Made by a program: the position numbers and the translations under genes
Assembly: GCA_045660785.1 (NCBI GenBank)
Contig: JAZREL010000036.1
Span: forward strand, 18,897-82,896
Reading direction: 5' to 3'
DNA length: 64,000 nucleotides
Origin: Eubacteriales bacterium
GTDB lineage: Bacteria; Bacillota; Clostridia; Oscillospirales; CAG-272
Part shown: in pieces, positions 41,093 to 51,100 of the stretch
Position numbering within the stretch: the stretch's first letter is position 1
How the letters are laid out: every line of letters starts with the position of its first letter
Notes under the pieces: generated by a model
The model's input: only the letters and a program-made list of their open reading frames with translations
What the model was told of the DNA's origin: nothing
Databases searched by the model: none

Positions 41093-41932
41093 TTATGTAT
41101 TGTCGTAGGTTGCCTTTGAAAGCTTTTTGCGAAGAATTTGATAGAAGCTTTGGTTTGTGAGCTTGATTGTTTTTGCAAGCTCTCTGCTCTTTTCGATTTT
41201 TATTACGTCTCCGTCGCAAAGCTCAAACGCGTTGTCACCGTCGATTTGAAGTGCAGGATTGCCTGTTTTGACGATGCTGTCGATTATAATCTTCACCTCA
41301 ATTTTGTCCTCTCCCGAAGCAACGATTGATGAGCGTGGGAAATACTTTGGTGAAATAGGTGTCAATACTATATTTGACGAATCGGGAGTTAAAACGGGGC
41401 CGCCAACCGAAAGATTATACGAGGTTGAGCCCGTAGGGGTTGCGACAATTAAGCCGTCACCAACGACTGTTTGAGTGAGCATACCGTTAATATAAAGCTC
41501 GGCAGTGAACGCCTTAAGAAGCGTTGAACGGTAAAACGACGCCTCGTTCAAGGCAACGAAGGAATAAACGCTCTCGCCGTTTCTTACAACCTCGCCGCTT
41601 AGCATTATTCTCTTTTCAAGTGCGAAATCACCCTTTAATATTCTGTCAATTGCGCCGAGGGCGTATTCAGGATTACACTCGGTTAAATAGCCAAGGTGAC
41701 CGAAATTTATGCCAAGCATAGGAATATCAAGCTTGTAAAGCTTTTTGCAGGCGCGAAGAAGCGTGCCGTCACCGCCAAGGACGATAGCAAAGTCTGCCGC
41801 CTCGGTTGGCTCATCGTGCTCCATCAACGTGTTAACAGAATATCCGTGATTTATAAGTATTGCTTCAACCTCTTTTGAGAAGGCAACGCTTTCCTCCTTA
41901 AGGTTGTTTGGTATAATAATTGCTTTCTTCAT
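41093..41932 (-). CDS. nadK: NAD kinase
   Basis: LGGDGTLL, GINFGHLGYL, ALNE, DGLIVATPTGSTSYNLSVGGP. Confidence 0.95.
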   Translation of the reverse strand: MKKAIIIPNNLKEESVAFSKEVEAILINHGYSVNTLMEHDEPTEAADFAIVLGGDGTLLRACKKLYKLDIPMLGINFGHLGYLTECNPEYALGAIDRILKGDFALEKRIMLSGEVVRNGESVYSFVALNEASFYRSTLLKAFTAELYINGMLTQTVVGDGLIVATPTGSTSYNLSVGGPVLTPDSSNIVLTPISPKYFPRSSIVASGEDKIEVKIIIDSIVKTGNPALQIDGDNAFELCDGDVIKIEKSRELAKTIKLTNQSFYQILRKKLSKATYDNT

Positions 41933-42071
41933 AACGGTTACCCTCCGTAAGAGTATAATTACGCGTGTGATTAATATATTTTATCACGCATTTATACTTT
42001 TGTCAATTCATAAATGCAATTTGGAACGAAAATGGGCGCGCATTTTGTCGCAATTTTTGGGCAAAAACGTC

Positions 42072-42099
42072 AAAAACGGACACAGGGTGGTCCGTTTTT
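42072..42099 (-). terminator. Terminator of the cotJ operon
   Basis: AAAAACGGAC-loop-GTCCGTTTTT. Confidence 0.7.
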
Positions 42100-42106
42100 G
42101 TGATTT

Positions 42107-42703
42107 TTATTTGTCGAATGCGGGATTGTAGCCGTAGAAGTTTTTGGAGTTCATTTTCTCCTGAGCTATTCCAAGGGCATCGCAGAAGCGTTGATAGTGA
42201 ACTATCTCACGGGCGCGAAGGAATTTAATCGCGTCGCAAACGTCAGGGTCGTCAACGAGGCGCAAAATGTTGTCGTAGGTTACCCTTGCCTTTTGCTCCG
42301 CCGCTAAGTCCTCGTTCAAGTCGGCAAGGACGTCGCCCTTTGATTGGAATTGAGCCGCGGTATATGGGTAGCCACTTGCGGCAACAGGGTAAATTCCCGT
42401 TGTGTGGTCAACGAAATAGGTGTCAAATCCGCTCTTCTTTATTTCGTCGTAGCTTAAATTTCTTGTGAGCTGATAAAGAATGGCGGAAATCATTTCAAAG
42501 TGAGCGAGCTCCTCTGTACCGACGTCGGTTAAAATTCCAACAACCTTATCGTATGGCATTGCAATTCTTTGAGTAAGATAGCGAAGGGATGCGCCGATTT
42601 CTCCGTCGGGGCCGCCGAGCTGTGATACTATAATATTAGCGTACTTGGCGTTGGGGTTTTTGATTTTTACGGGATACTGAAGGCGTTTTTCGTACTGAAA
42701 CAT
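42107..42703 (-). CDS. cotJC: Spore coat manganese catalase family protein CotJC
   Basis: YEKRLQYPV, QLGGPDGE, GTEELAHFEM, REIVHYQRF. Confidence 0.92.
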   Translation of the reverse strand: MFQYEKRLQYPVKIKNPNAKYANIIVSQLGGPDGEIGASLRYLTQRIAMPYDKVVGILTDVGTEELAHFEMISAILYQLTRNLSYDEIKKSGFDTYFVDHTTGIYPVAASGYPYTAAQFQSKGDVLADLNEDLAAEQKARVTYDNILRLVDDPDVCDAIKFLRAREIVHYQRFCDALGIAQEKMNSKNFYGYNPAFDK

Positions 42704-42973
42704 TTATTTTCCCTCCTTATCTATTTGCCAAGGCCAAGGGCCCTTAGTCCATTCCCAGCTTGTTCCTTCGTTGGGTGCGGTTAATGGGCCGAACCTTGAC
42801 TCATACTCTACTCTTGCGCGGTTTTCAAGGCGTTTATACTTGTTATAGCACTCAAGCGCCTCTTTACATTCGGGGTATGCGTCAAGATAAAGCATTGCTT
42901 CATATGCCATAAAGGCATAGCAGCTCACACTTCGGAGCAAGCGCTCCCTTGAGTTTTCTCTATTTGTAAGCAT
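42704..42973 (-). CDS. cotJB: Spore coat protein CotJB
   Basis: LYLDAYP, YESRFGPL, WEWTKGPWPWQ; start 42973 or 42979. Confidence 0.9.
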   Translation of the reverse strand: MLTNRENSRERLLRSVSCYAFMAYEAMLYLDAYPECKEALECYNKYKRLENRARVEYESRFGPLTAPNEGTSWEWTKGPWPWQIDKEGK

Positions 42974-43248
42974 TAGCATCCCTCCCCTTTGTTGTTACCG
43001 CCGCGGCAGCTGCCTCGGTTAAACGGCATAAAAAGCTCCTCGAACATCGTGCCGTTTGAAAGTGCGAGCTCGGGGTCGTATATTTTCATAAATTTCTGCT
43101 TCTCGGGATAAACCATAGCAAGCGATCTGCCTGTGGGCATTTGGTGCTCGCTCGGCTTTTGATAGGAAGCGCCCTCTCCCCTTAAAAACCGCGAAAACTC
43201 CTCGTAGCCAAATCTATCCGCGCTATTTGAGCAACTGTTAAATCTCAT
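42973..43248 (-). CDS. cotJA: Spore coat-associated protein CotJA
   Basis: LAMVYPEKQ...YDPELALSNGTMFEELFMP; AAGGAG RBS; mother-cell-type -10 CATATTAT at 43308-43315. Confidence 0.85.
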   Translation of the reverse strand: MRFNSCSNSADRFGYEEFSRFLRGEGASYQKPSEHQMPTGRSLAMVYPEKQKFMKIYDPELALSNGTMFEELFMPFNRGSCRGGNNKGEGC

Positions 43249-43480
43249 ATTATTCTCCTTTTTCCGAGCATTTTGCGTCTTTTTTGCTTGGCGCATATGC
43301 TCATTACATAATATGACAATTTTCGCACTCGTGATAATTTTAGCGCTTAAAGTCTATTTTTTGCTAAAATTTTTCTTATTTTATTTATTATTTCTTCCAT
43401 TTTTGAAATATTAGTGATATAATTACTATGTATAATTGTATTTTGGGCAAATTTATCATACACAAATTAGGAGATATAAA

Positions 43481-44833
43481 ATGAAAATTATTATCGTAGG
43501 AATGGGCACGATAGGAAAAACAATACTCCACGCCCTCTCAAAGGACCACACGGTAACCATTATTGACGAGGACAAGGAAAAGGTTGAGAGCTTGATCGAG
43601 AGATACGATATTTTCGGTGTTGTTGGAAACGGCGCTTGCATTGATATTTTGAACGAGGCAAACGTAAAGGATGCCGACCTTGCAATTTTCCTTACCAACA
43701 GCGACGAGCTTAACGTTTTCGCCTGTCTTGTTGCAAAGCGCGGCGGTGTTACCAACACTATTGCGCGTGTAAGAAATCCCGATTATACCAAGCAAATTCG
43801 CGATATGAAGGACGAGCTTGGCATTTCTATGATTGTCAATCCCGAAAAGGAAACGGCAAAGGAAATTTTCAATCTTATCAACCTGCCGTCCGTTGCTCAT
43901 ATGGAGCATTTTGTAAAGGGTAAGGCAATCTTGGTTGAAATTATTGCAGAGCGCGGCTGTAAGCTCCTTGGCGAAACGCTTTTCTCTCTTGGTAGAAAGA
44001 TAAAGACAAGAGTGCTTGTTTGCGCGGTGCTTCGCAAGGACGAGATAGTTATTCCTTCGGGTAGCTTCAGGTTTGAGGAGGGTGACAAGGTGTATTTCAC
44101 TGCGGACGCCTCGTCCCTTAAGGACTTTTTGTCCGAGGTTAACCTTGAAAAATCTCCGTTTAAGAACATTATGATTATAGGTGACGGACGTATTCCTTAT
44201 TATCTTGCAAGTGAGCTTTCTGCAGGTAAATACAACATAAAGCTTGTCGCAAATAACAAAAAGAACGCCGAGGCGCTTGCCGACGAGCTTCCGCGTGCAA
44301 CCGTGCTTTGGGGCAACGGCACACAGCACGACCTGCTTATTGAGGAAGGAATTGAGGCAATGGACGCTTTCGTTGCCCTTACCGACATTGACGAGGAAAA
44401 CATGATAGTTTCCATGTTTGCAAACAAAATGGGCGTAAAGAAAACTATCACACAAATAAAGAACGACGAGCTTTACGATATGCTTGGCGAGCTTGGAATT
44501 GAAAACAACGTTTCACCAAAGAACGTCGTGGCAGACAGAATTGTCGGATACGTACGTGCTATGGCTAACAAGCGCGGCAGTAACATTGTAACGGTTTATC
44601 GCTTGGTTAAGGGACAGGTCGAGGCAATTGAGTTTGCCGCAAAGGGAAAGGAAAGCTTCTTTGGCAAGCCGCTAAGAGAGCTTAAAACTAAGGAGAATTG
44701 CCTAATTGCCTGCATTAGCCGTGAGGGCGAGGTAATTATCCCCGACGGTAACACGACGATTTTGACGGGAGATAGCGTTATCGTCGTTACCACTCACAAA
44801 AACTTTGATGACCTGACCGATATTTTTGAATAA
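43481..44833 (+). CDS. trkA: Trk potassium uptake regulatory subunit
   Basis: Tandem RCK domains, KIIIVGMGTIG, TIARVRNPDY. Confidence 0.92.
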   Translation: MKIIIVGMGTIGKTILHALSKDHTVTIIDEDKEKVESLIERYDIFGVVGNGACIDILNEANVKDADLAIFLTNSDELNVFACLVAKRGGVTNTIARVRNPDYTKQIRDMKDELGISMIVNPEKETAKEIFNLINLPSVAHMEHFVKGKAILVEIIAERGCKLLGETLFSLGRKIKTRVLVCAVLRKDEIVIPSGSFRFEEGDKVYFTADASSLKDFLSEVNLEKSPFKNIMIIGDGRIPYYLASELSAGKYNIKLVANNKKNAEALADELPRATVLWGNGTQHDLLIEEGIEAMDAFVALTDIDEENMIVSMFANKMGVKKTITQIKNDELYDMLGELGIENNVSPKNVVADRIVGYVRAMANKRGSNIVTVYRLVKGQVEAIEFAAKGKESFFGKPLRELKTKENCLIACISREGEVIIPDGNTTILTGDSVIVVTTHKNFDDLTDIFE

Positions 44834-44844
44834 GGAATTAAAAT

Positions 44845-46503
44845 ATGAATTATAAGCTTCTTGGCAAAATTTTAGGCAAGATTATGATTCTTGAGGGCGT
44901 TTTAATGCTTGCCCCGCTGATTATCAGCTTTATCTACGGTGAATTCAAAAAAACCACCGTGGTTGCAGGAATCGGTGAGACGGCGCGATACGGCGGAATC
45001 CGCTATGCTCTTGCTTTTGCCATCCCTGTATTTTTACTTGTGCTTTTTGGAATTCTGCTTCAGCTTCCGAAGCCGACAAGAAAGTCGCTTTATCAAAAGG
45101 AGGGCTTTGCGCTCGTTGCTCTTGTATGGATTGTAATGGCACTTTTCGGCGCTATTCCGTTTGTTATAAACGGCGATATACCGAACTATATTGATGCTTG
45201 CTTTGAGATCACCTCGGGATTTACAACCACGGGTGCAAGCATTATTGAGGATATTACCTTTTTGTCGCACTCCTCGCTTTTCTGGCGCAGCTTCTCGCAC
45301 TGGATTGGCGGTATGGGAATACTTGTTTTCGTGCTTATTTTTATTCCCGAAAGCAAGGACGGCTCTGCCATGCACCTGCTTCGTGCAGAATCACCCGGAC
45401 CTCAGGTTGGTAAAATAGTTTCCAAAATGAGGGCAACGGCAAGAATTTTGTACTTAATTTATCTTGGCATGACTGTTCTTTTGGCGGCTACTTTAATGAT
45501 TGGTCCGCTTGTGGACACGGAAGCCGCATTTTTGGCAACGGGAATTGATTATAGCGGCGACAAGATTTTCCACGCGCTGCTCACCGCATTCGGCTGTGCC
45601 GGCACGGGCGGCTTTGGCTTTATCCCCGGCAGTATGCAATACTTTACTCCGTTTGCACAGTATGCAGTTGCCATAGCACTGTTCCTCTTTAGTATTAACT
45701 TTACTCTTTACTATCTTATTTTAATAGGTAAGATTAAGGACGTATTGCGAAGCGAGGAGCTAAGAGCATTTGCTTCTATTGCTTCTTTCGCGGTTATATT
45801 CATTTTTATAACGATTGTTATAAACAACCCGATAGTTGATTACTCCTCGCAAATTGACTATACCGTTGAGGAATCGTTCAGGCATTCCCTTTTCCAGGTT
45901 GCTTCAATTATTTCAACGGCGGGATTTTCAACAACAGACTTTAACATTTGGCCAATGGCTGCCAAAATGGTGCTTGTTGTTTGTATGTTTATGGGCGCTA
46001 TGGCGGGCTCAACCGCGGGCGGAATTAAAACGTCAAGAATTGTAATTGCAGTTAAGGGAACTTATATAAGAATAAGAAAGATAATAAATCCGCGATTTGT
46101 TCCAAAGGCAAAATTTGAGGGCAAAACGCTTGAGGAAAAAACGATAAACGACGTATTTGCGTTTTTATCTATGTACGCGTTTTTCCTAATCGGCGTTGTG
46201 TTTATCCTCTGCCTTGACCCCGTAAACGGCACGTTTATTACAATTTCATCAGACGCTTCGTCGTTTTTCGCAAACCAATCAAGCTCGTATCAGGTTGAGC
46301 ATGAATTTTTTTCAAACTTCACAGCCGCGCTTTCCTGCATGTCAAACATCGGCCCCGGCTTTGAGGCGGTTGGCGCTTACGGCTCCTTTGCGGGATACAG
46401 CTTTGTTTCCAAGATTGTTTTAACTCTTACTATGATTCTTGGCAGACTTGAAATTATTCCGCTTATCATCCTATTCAGTCCGCGTACTTGGAAAAGAAGA
46501 TAA
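44845..46503 (+). CDS. trkH: Trk potassium uptake channel subunit
   Basis: SGFTTTGAS, WIGGMG, GSTAGGIK, SNIGPG, GRLEI. Confidence 0.93.
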   Translation: MNYKLLGKILGKIMILEGVLMLAPLIISFIYGEFKKTTVVAGIGETARYGGIRYALAFAIPVFLLVLFGILLQLPKPTRKSLYQKEGFALVALVWIVMALFGAIPFVINGDIPNYIDACFEITSGFTTTGASIIEDITFLSHSSLFWRSFSHWIGGMGILVFVLIFIPESKDGSAMHLLRAESPGPQVGKIVSKMRATARILYLIYLGMTVLLAATLMIGPLVDTEAAFLATGIDYSGDKIFHALLTAFGCAGTGGFGFIPGSMQYFTPFAQYAVAIALFLFSINFTLYYLILIGKIKDVLRSEELRAFASIASFAVIFIFITIVINNPIVDYSSQIDYTVEESFRHSLFQVASIISTAGFSTTDFNIWPMAAKMVLVVCMFMGAMAGSTAGGIKTSRIVIAVKGTYIRIRKIINPRFVPKAKFEGKTLEEKTINDVFAFLSMYAFFLIGVVFILCLDPVNGTFITISSDASSFFANQSSSYQVEHEFFSNFTAALSCMSNIGPGFEAVGAYGSFAGYSFVSKIVLTLTMILGRLEIIPLIILFSPRTWKRR

Positions 46504-46506
46504 AGA

Positions 46507-46539
46507 GAACCCTACCCTCAAAATTCGATTTGAGGACTC
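46507..46539. repeat. Dispersed palindromic repeat (GAACC...CTCAAA...TTTGAGG family), copy 1
   Basis: GAACCCTACCCTCAAAATTCGATTTGAGGACTC resembles the reverse complement of 51026-51060 and the copy at 56636-56673. Confidence 0.55.
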
Positions 46540-46651
46540 ATTATAAAATTAAATCGTGCAAGCTTTAGGTTTGCACGATTTTTTACTATTGAATTTTTTT
46601 CCAATATGTGCTAAAGTAAAATTGTAATATTTTTTATTTTAGGAGAGAGAA

Positions 46652-49600
46652 ATGAAAAAGATTAAAGGAAAAATTACACTTTTAGTTGTTCTTGCCTTGT
46701 CAATTTTTGCGATACTTGCGCTAACTGCCTGCTCGGGCGGTGGCGGCGGTGGCGATGACACACAAGGTGAGCACGTGCACACCGAGGCAACCATTCCTGC
46801 CGTGGCTGCAACCTGCACCGAGGACGGCTTAACCGAGGGCAAAAAGTGCTCCGACTGTGGCGAAATCTTGGTGGAGCAAGAGACAATAAAAGCTTCCCAC
46901 AAGGAAGAAATTATACCGGCGGTGGCTGAAACCTGTACAGACGACGGTCTTACCGAGGGCAAAAAATGCTCTGTGTGTGAAGAAATTTTGGTTAAGCAAG
47001 AAACAATACCTGCTGCTCATAATAAAGAAATTATTCCCGCATCAGACGCAACTTGCACAGCTACAGGACTCACCGAGGGTGAAAAATGCTCTGCGTGTGG
47101 AGAAATTTTAGTTGAACAAGCGGTTATAGGCAAAAAACCGCACACCGAGGAAATTATTCCTAACGTTTCCGCGACATGCACCGAAAACGGACTTACTGAA
47201 GGTGAAAAATGCTCCGTTTGTGGAGAAATTTTAGTTGAGCAAGAAATCGTGAATGCTCTTGGACACACAAAGGAAAAAATCGAAGCAATAGCTCCAACAT
47301 GCACATTGTCGGGTCTTACAGAGGGTGAAAAATGCTCTGTGTGCGGAGAAATTTTAGTTGAGCAAAAAATCGTGAATTCTCTTGGACACACCAAGGAAAA
47401 AATCGAAGCAACGGCTCCAACATGCACATTGTCTGGTCTTACAGAGGGCGAAAAATGCTCTGTGTGCGGAGAAATTTTAGTTAAGCAAAGCGTTGTTTCT
47501 GCAAATGGGCATAAAACAGAGAGCATACCTGCGCTGTCTCCAACTTGCACTAATGACGGACTCACAGAGGGAGAAAAATGCTCTGTGTGTGACGAAATTA
47601 TACTTGCACAAAAGACACTACCCGCATCACACACATATGAAAACAGCTACACCTGCTCCGTTTGCAAGCAAGAGCTATTCAAGCCAAGTGAAGGTCTTGA
47701 ATTTACCTTATCTGATGACAAAGCATATTATTCTGTAGTAGGAAAAGGCACCTGCACCGATAAAAAAATAGTCATTCCTTATACTTATAATGATTTGCCT
47801 GTTACAAGCATTGATGGCTCCACCTTCTATGATTGCAACACCTTAACAGAGATTGTAATACCCGATAGCGTTACAAGCATTGGCTCGGATGCGTTCAAGG
47901 GCTGCGGCAGCTTGACAATTCACTGTGTGGCAGAAAGCAAGCCAAGCAGTTGGAGTTCAAGTTGGAATAACTACTGCCCTGTTGTATGGAATTGCAAGAA
48001 TAATGAAATGACAGACGACGGATATATTTACACCGTGATAGACGGAGTAAGATATTCACTAAAGGATGGCAAAGCGGCGGTAGCAAAGCAACCGAGAAAT
48101 ATTGTTTCGGCTATAATTCCATCAAGTGTAGTTTATAAAGATACAAGCTATAACGTGACAGGCATTAAATACGAAGCGTTCTATAATTGCAGCCATTTGA
48201 CCGAGATTGTAATACCAAATAGCATTACAATCATTAACCCTTATACATTCTACAATTGCGATGGCTTATCCAAGATAATAATACCAATTAGCGTAACCAA
48301 GATTGATAGCTATGCGTTCAAGGATTGCGACAGCTTAACAGAGATTGTAATTCCCAACACCGTTACAAGCGTTGGTAGTGCCGTATTCGAAGAGTGTAAT
48401 AGCTTAACAATTTACTGTGAAGCAAAAAACTCCACTGCCTGGAATTCATATTGGAACAGTTCAGACTGCCCTGTTGTTTGGGACTGTAATAATAATGACG
48501 TGGCAGATAATGGAAAGATTTATACCGTAATAGAGGGGGTAAGGTATGAAATACATGGTGAATTGGCAAAGGTTACAAAACAACCAATCAATATTACATC
48601 TGCCGTTATTCCTTCAAGCATAACTTATAAAAGCGCAAGCTATAAAGTAACTCGCATTGGCTATAACGCATTTCAAAATTGCAGCAGTTTAGCTGAGGTA
48701 ATAATACCTAATAGCGTTACAATCATTGACAACTTTGCATTCCTTGGTTGTAACAGCTTAGCTGAAATTACAATACCTAATAGCGTAACAAGTATTATTG
48801 ACGAGTATGTATTCAGTGGTTGCGATATATTAACAATTTATTGCGAAACAACAAGCAAGCCAAGTGGTTGGAATATATGTTGGAACTATTGGCTAAGCTC
48901 CTCAAAGTGTCCTGTTGTTTGGAATTGCAAATACAACGATGTGGCAACTGACGGTAATATTTATACCGTGATAGACGGAATAAGATACGCAATAAAGGAT
49001 GGGGATGCAACGGTCGCAAAGCAACCCAAAAATGTTGTTTCAGCTATAATTCCTACAACCATAACTTATAAAGGTACGAGTTATAACGTATCAAGTATTG
49101 GCAACTCTGCGTTTGAAAGTTGCGAGAGCTTGACCAAAGTAATATTGCCCGATAGCATAACCTCAATAGGAAATAATGCATTCAACGGTTGTATATCTCT
49201 TAAATACACCGAATTCGAAAACGGGTTGTATTTAGGTAACGAAGAAAATCCGTATTTCGCTCTTATAAAAGCGAAAAGCGATGGCATAACGACTATTGAA
49301 ATCAACAAAAAAACAAAACTGATTGCAGGCGGAGCATTCTCCAATTGCAATAGCTTAACCGAGATAGAAATACCAAATAGCATAACAAGCATTGGAAGCT
49401 CTGCGTTTGAGAATTGTATCAGTTTAACCAAAATAGTTATACCAAATAGCGTTACAAGCATTGGATCAAGTGCGTTCTCTTATTGCTACGGATTAACAAG
49501 CGTTACCATAGGCGATAACGTAACAAGCATTGGTAGCTACGCGTTTAGAGGGTGTAGCAAATTAACCGCAATCATAATACCTAATAGTGTAACGAGCATT

Positions 49601-50974
49601 GGCTACTATGCGTTCCAAAATTGTAGCAATTTGACCGAGATTATAATACCTAATAGCGTTACAAGCATTGGCTCAAGCGCGTTCTATGATTGCTACAGCT
49701 TGACAATTTACTGTGAAGCGACAAGCAAGCCAAGCGGTTGGGACTTAGACTGGACTCCAAGTTGGAACGGTGATCACCCCGTTGTATGGGATTGCAAGAA
49801 TAATAATGTGGCAGATGACGGATATATTTATACTGTAATAGATAAAATAAGATATAGTATAAAGGATGGAGAGGCAATGGTTGCAAGACAACCGAAAAAT
49901 ACTATTTCGGCTATTATTCCTGCAAGCATAACTTATAAAGATGCGAGTTATAATGTAACAGGTATTGGCAGTTATGCATTCTCCGGTTGCGGTTACTTGA
50001 CTGAGATAGTAATACCTGATAACGTAATAAGCATTGGATACAGTGCATTCTCCGGTTGTGATAGTTTAACTGAAATAGTAATACCAAATAACGTAACAAA
50101 GATTGGTAATTATGCGTTCTCCGGTTGCGATGGCTTGACTGAGATTTCAATACCCGATAGTGTAACAAGCATTGGTGGTTATGCGTTCAATAATTGCGGT
50201 ATCTTAACAAGCGTAGTAATTGGTAAAAGTGTAGCAAGTATCGGCCAATATGCGTTCTATAGTTGCGATGGCTTAACCGAAATTATAATACCAAATAGCG
50301 TAACAAGCATTGGTGAATATGCATTCTCCGGTTGCGTCAATTTAACAATTTACTGCGAGGCAGAAAGTCAGCCAAGTGGTTGGGTATCACTTTGGAATCA
50401 ATTAAGCCGTCCAATTGTTTGGGATTGCAAAAACAATGACGTGGCAAATGACGGATATATTTACACCATAATAGACGGAATAAAATATGCAATAAAGGAT
50501 GGCGAGGCAACGGTTGTACGACAATCAACAGATATTGTTTCGGCAATAATTTCTGCAAGCATAACATATAAAGATGTAAGCTATAGCGTAACAAGCATTA
50601 GCTACCGAGCATTCCAAAGTTGTAATTGCTTGGAGGAGCTTGTAATACCGAGTAGTGTTACAAGCATTGACTTTGAGGCATTCTCCGGTTGCAACAAATT
50701 AACAGAGATTGTAATACCAAATAGCGTAACCTCGATAGGAAGCCATGCGTTCTGTGATTGCACCTCACTTGAAAGCATTGAAATTCCAGATAGCGTAACC
50801 GCGATAGGAAACTATGCGTTTTCCGGTTGCACTTCTCTTACAATTTACTGTGAAGCAGAAAGCAAACCCAGTAGTTGGGATGCATACTGGAATAGTTCAA
50901 ACCGCCCTATCAAATGGGGACACGTTCATTCGTACGTAGACGGCGAGTGCATTTGCGGAGTGAAGAAAAATTAA
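46652..50974 (+). CDS. Large surface lipoprotein: 7 His/Cys repeats plus 6 BspA/LRR_5 modules
   Basis: Lipobox LTAC plus Gly linker; H-x11-C-x10-CxxC repeats; IPNSVTSIGxxAFxxCxxL repeats; Trp-rich caps. Confidence 0.88.
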   Translation: MKKIKGKITLLVVLALSIFAILALTACSGGGGGGDDTQGEHVHTEATIPAVAATCTEDGLTEGKKCSDCGEILVEQETIKASHKEEIIPAVAETCTDDGLTEGKKCSVCEEILVKQETIPAAHNKEIIPASDATCTATGLTEGEKCSACGEILVEQAVIGKKPHTEEIIPNVSATCTENGLTEGEKCSVCGEILVEQEIVNALGHTKEKIEAIAPTCTLSGLTEGEKCSVCGEILVEQKIVNSLGHTKEKIEATAPTCTLSGLTEGEKCSVCGEILVKQSVVSANGHKTESIPALSPTCTNDGLTEGEKCSVCDEIILAQKTLPASHTYENSYTCSVCKQELFKPSEGLEFTLSDDKAYYSVVGKGTCTDKKIVIPYTYNDLPVTSIDGSTFYDCNTLTEIVIPDSVTSIGSDAFKGCGSLTIHCVAESKPSSWSSSWNNYCPVVWNCKNNEMTDDGYIYTVIDGVRYSLKDGKAAVAKQPRNIVSAIIPSSVVYKDTSYNVTGIKYEAFYNCSHLTEIVIPNSITIINPYTFYNCDGLSKIIIPISVTKIDSYAFKDCDSLTEIVIPNTVTSVGSAVFEECNSLTIYCEAKNSTAWNSYWNSSDCPVVWDCNNNDVADNGKIYTVIEGVRYEIHGELAKVTKQPINITSAVIPSSITYKSASYKVTRIGYNAFQNCSSLAEVIIPNSVTIIDNFAFLGCNSLAEITIPNSVTSIIDEYVFSGCDILTIYCETTSKPSGWNICWNYWLSSSKCPVVWNCKYNDVATDGNIYTVIDGIRYAIKDGDATVAKQPKNVVSAIIPTTITYKGTSYNVSSIGNSAFESCESLTKVILPDSITSIGNNAFNGCISLKYTEFENGLYLGNEENPYFALIKAKSDGITTIEINKKTKLIAGGAFSNCNSLTEIEIPNSITSIGSSAFENCISLTKIVIPNSVTSIGSSAFSYCYGLTSVTIGDNVTSIGSYAFRGCSKLTAIIIPNSVTSIGYYAFQNCSNLTEIIIPNSVTSIGSSAFYDCYSLTIYCEATSKPSGWDLDWTPSWNGDHPVVWDCKNNNVADDGYIYTVIDKIRYSIKDGEAMVARQPKNTISAIIPASITYKDASYNVTGIGSYAFSGCGYLTEIVIPDNVISIGYSAFSGCDSLTEIVIPNNVTKIGNYAFSGCDGLTEISIPDSVTSIGGYAFNNCGILTSVVIGKSVASIGQYAFYSCDGLTEIIIPNSVTSIGEYAFSGCVNLTIYCEAESQPSGWVSLWNQLSRPIVWDCKNNDVANDGYIYTIIDGIKYAIKDGEATVVRQSTDIVSAIISASITYKDVSYSVTSISYRAFQSCNCLEELVIPSSVTSIDFEAFSGCNKLTEIVIPNSVTSIGSHAFCDCTSLESIEIPDSVTAIGNYAFSGCTSLTIYCEAESKPSSWDAYWNSSNRPIKWGHVHSYVDGECICGVKKN
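47201..47482 (+). repeat. Near-identical 123-bp tandem duplication inside the lipoprotein gene
   Basis: Units start at 47201, 47324 and 47447 (GG(T/C)GAAAAATGCTC...). Confidence 0.85.
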
Positions 50975-51025
50975 AAACAAACGAGGAACGGGCATTTTTT
51001 GCCTGTTCCTTTTCTTATTCGACAA

Positions 51026-51060
51026 GGGGTCCTCAAAGCGAAATTTGAGCTTTGGGGTTC
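51026..51060. repeat. Dispersed palindromic repeat, copy 2 (inverted relative to copy 1)
   Basis: GGGGTCCTCAAAGCGAAATTTGAGCTTTGGGGTTC. Confidence 0.6.
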
Positions 51061-51100
51061 ACGTCACAAGGGTGTCCCCTTTTCCACCCGCGGAATGCTT

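Noticed and set aside
41960-41992. Rex operator upstream of nadK-nfn
   Set aside because: The GTGAT...ATCAC dyad is spaced too widely for the 18-bp Rex box.
43300-43480. c-di-AMP (ydaO) riboswitch upstream of trkA
   Set aside because: The region is short, AT-rich and occupied by divergent promoters, with no recognisable aptamer.
43538-44455. 305-aa antisense ORF in trkA and similar shadow ORFs in atp, mutL, the M18 peptidase and LRR genes
   Set aside because: Antisense or alternate-frame shadows of well-supported genes, with no RBS or domain signal.
46652-50974. Diversity-generating retroelement target
   Set aside because: No reverse transcriptase or non-coding template repeat in the window, and repeat differences are not visibly restricted to adenines.
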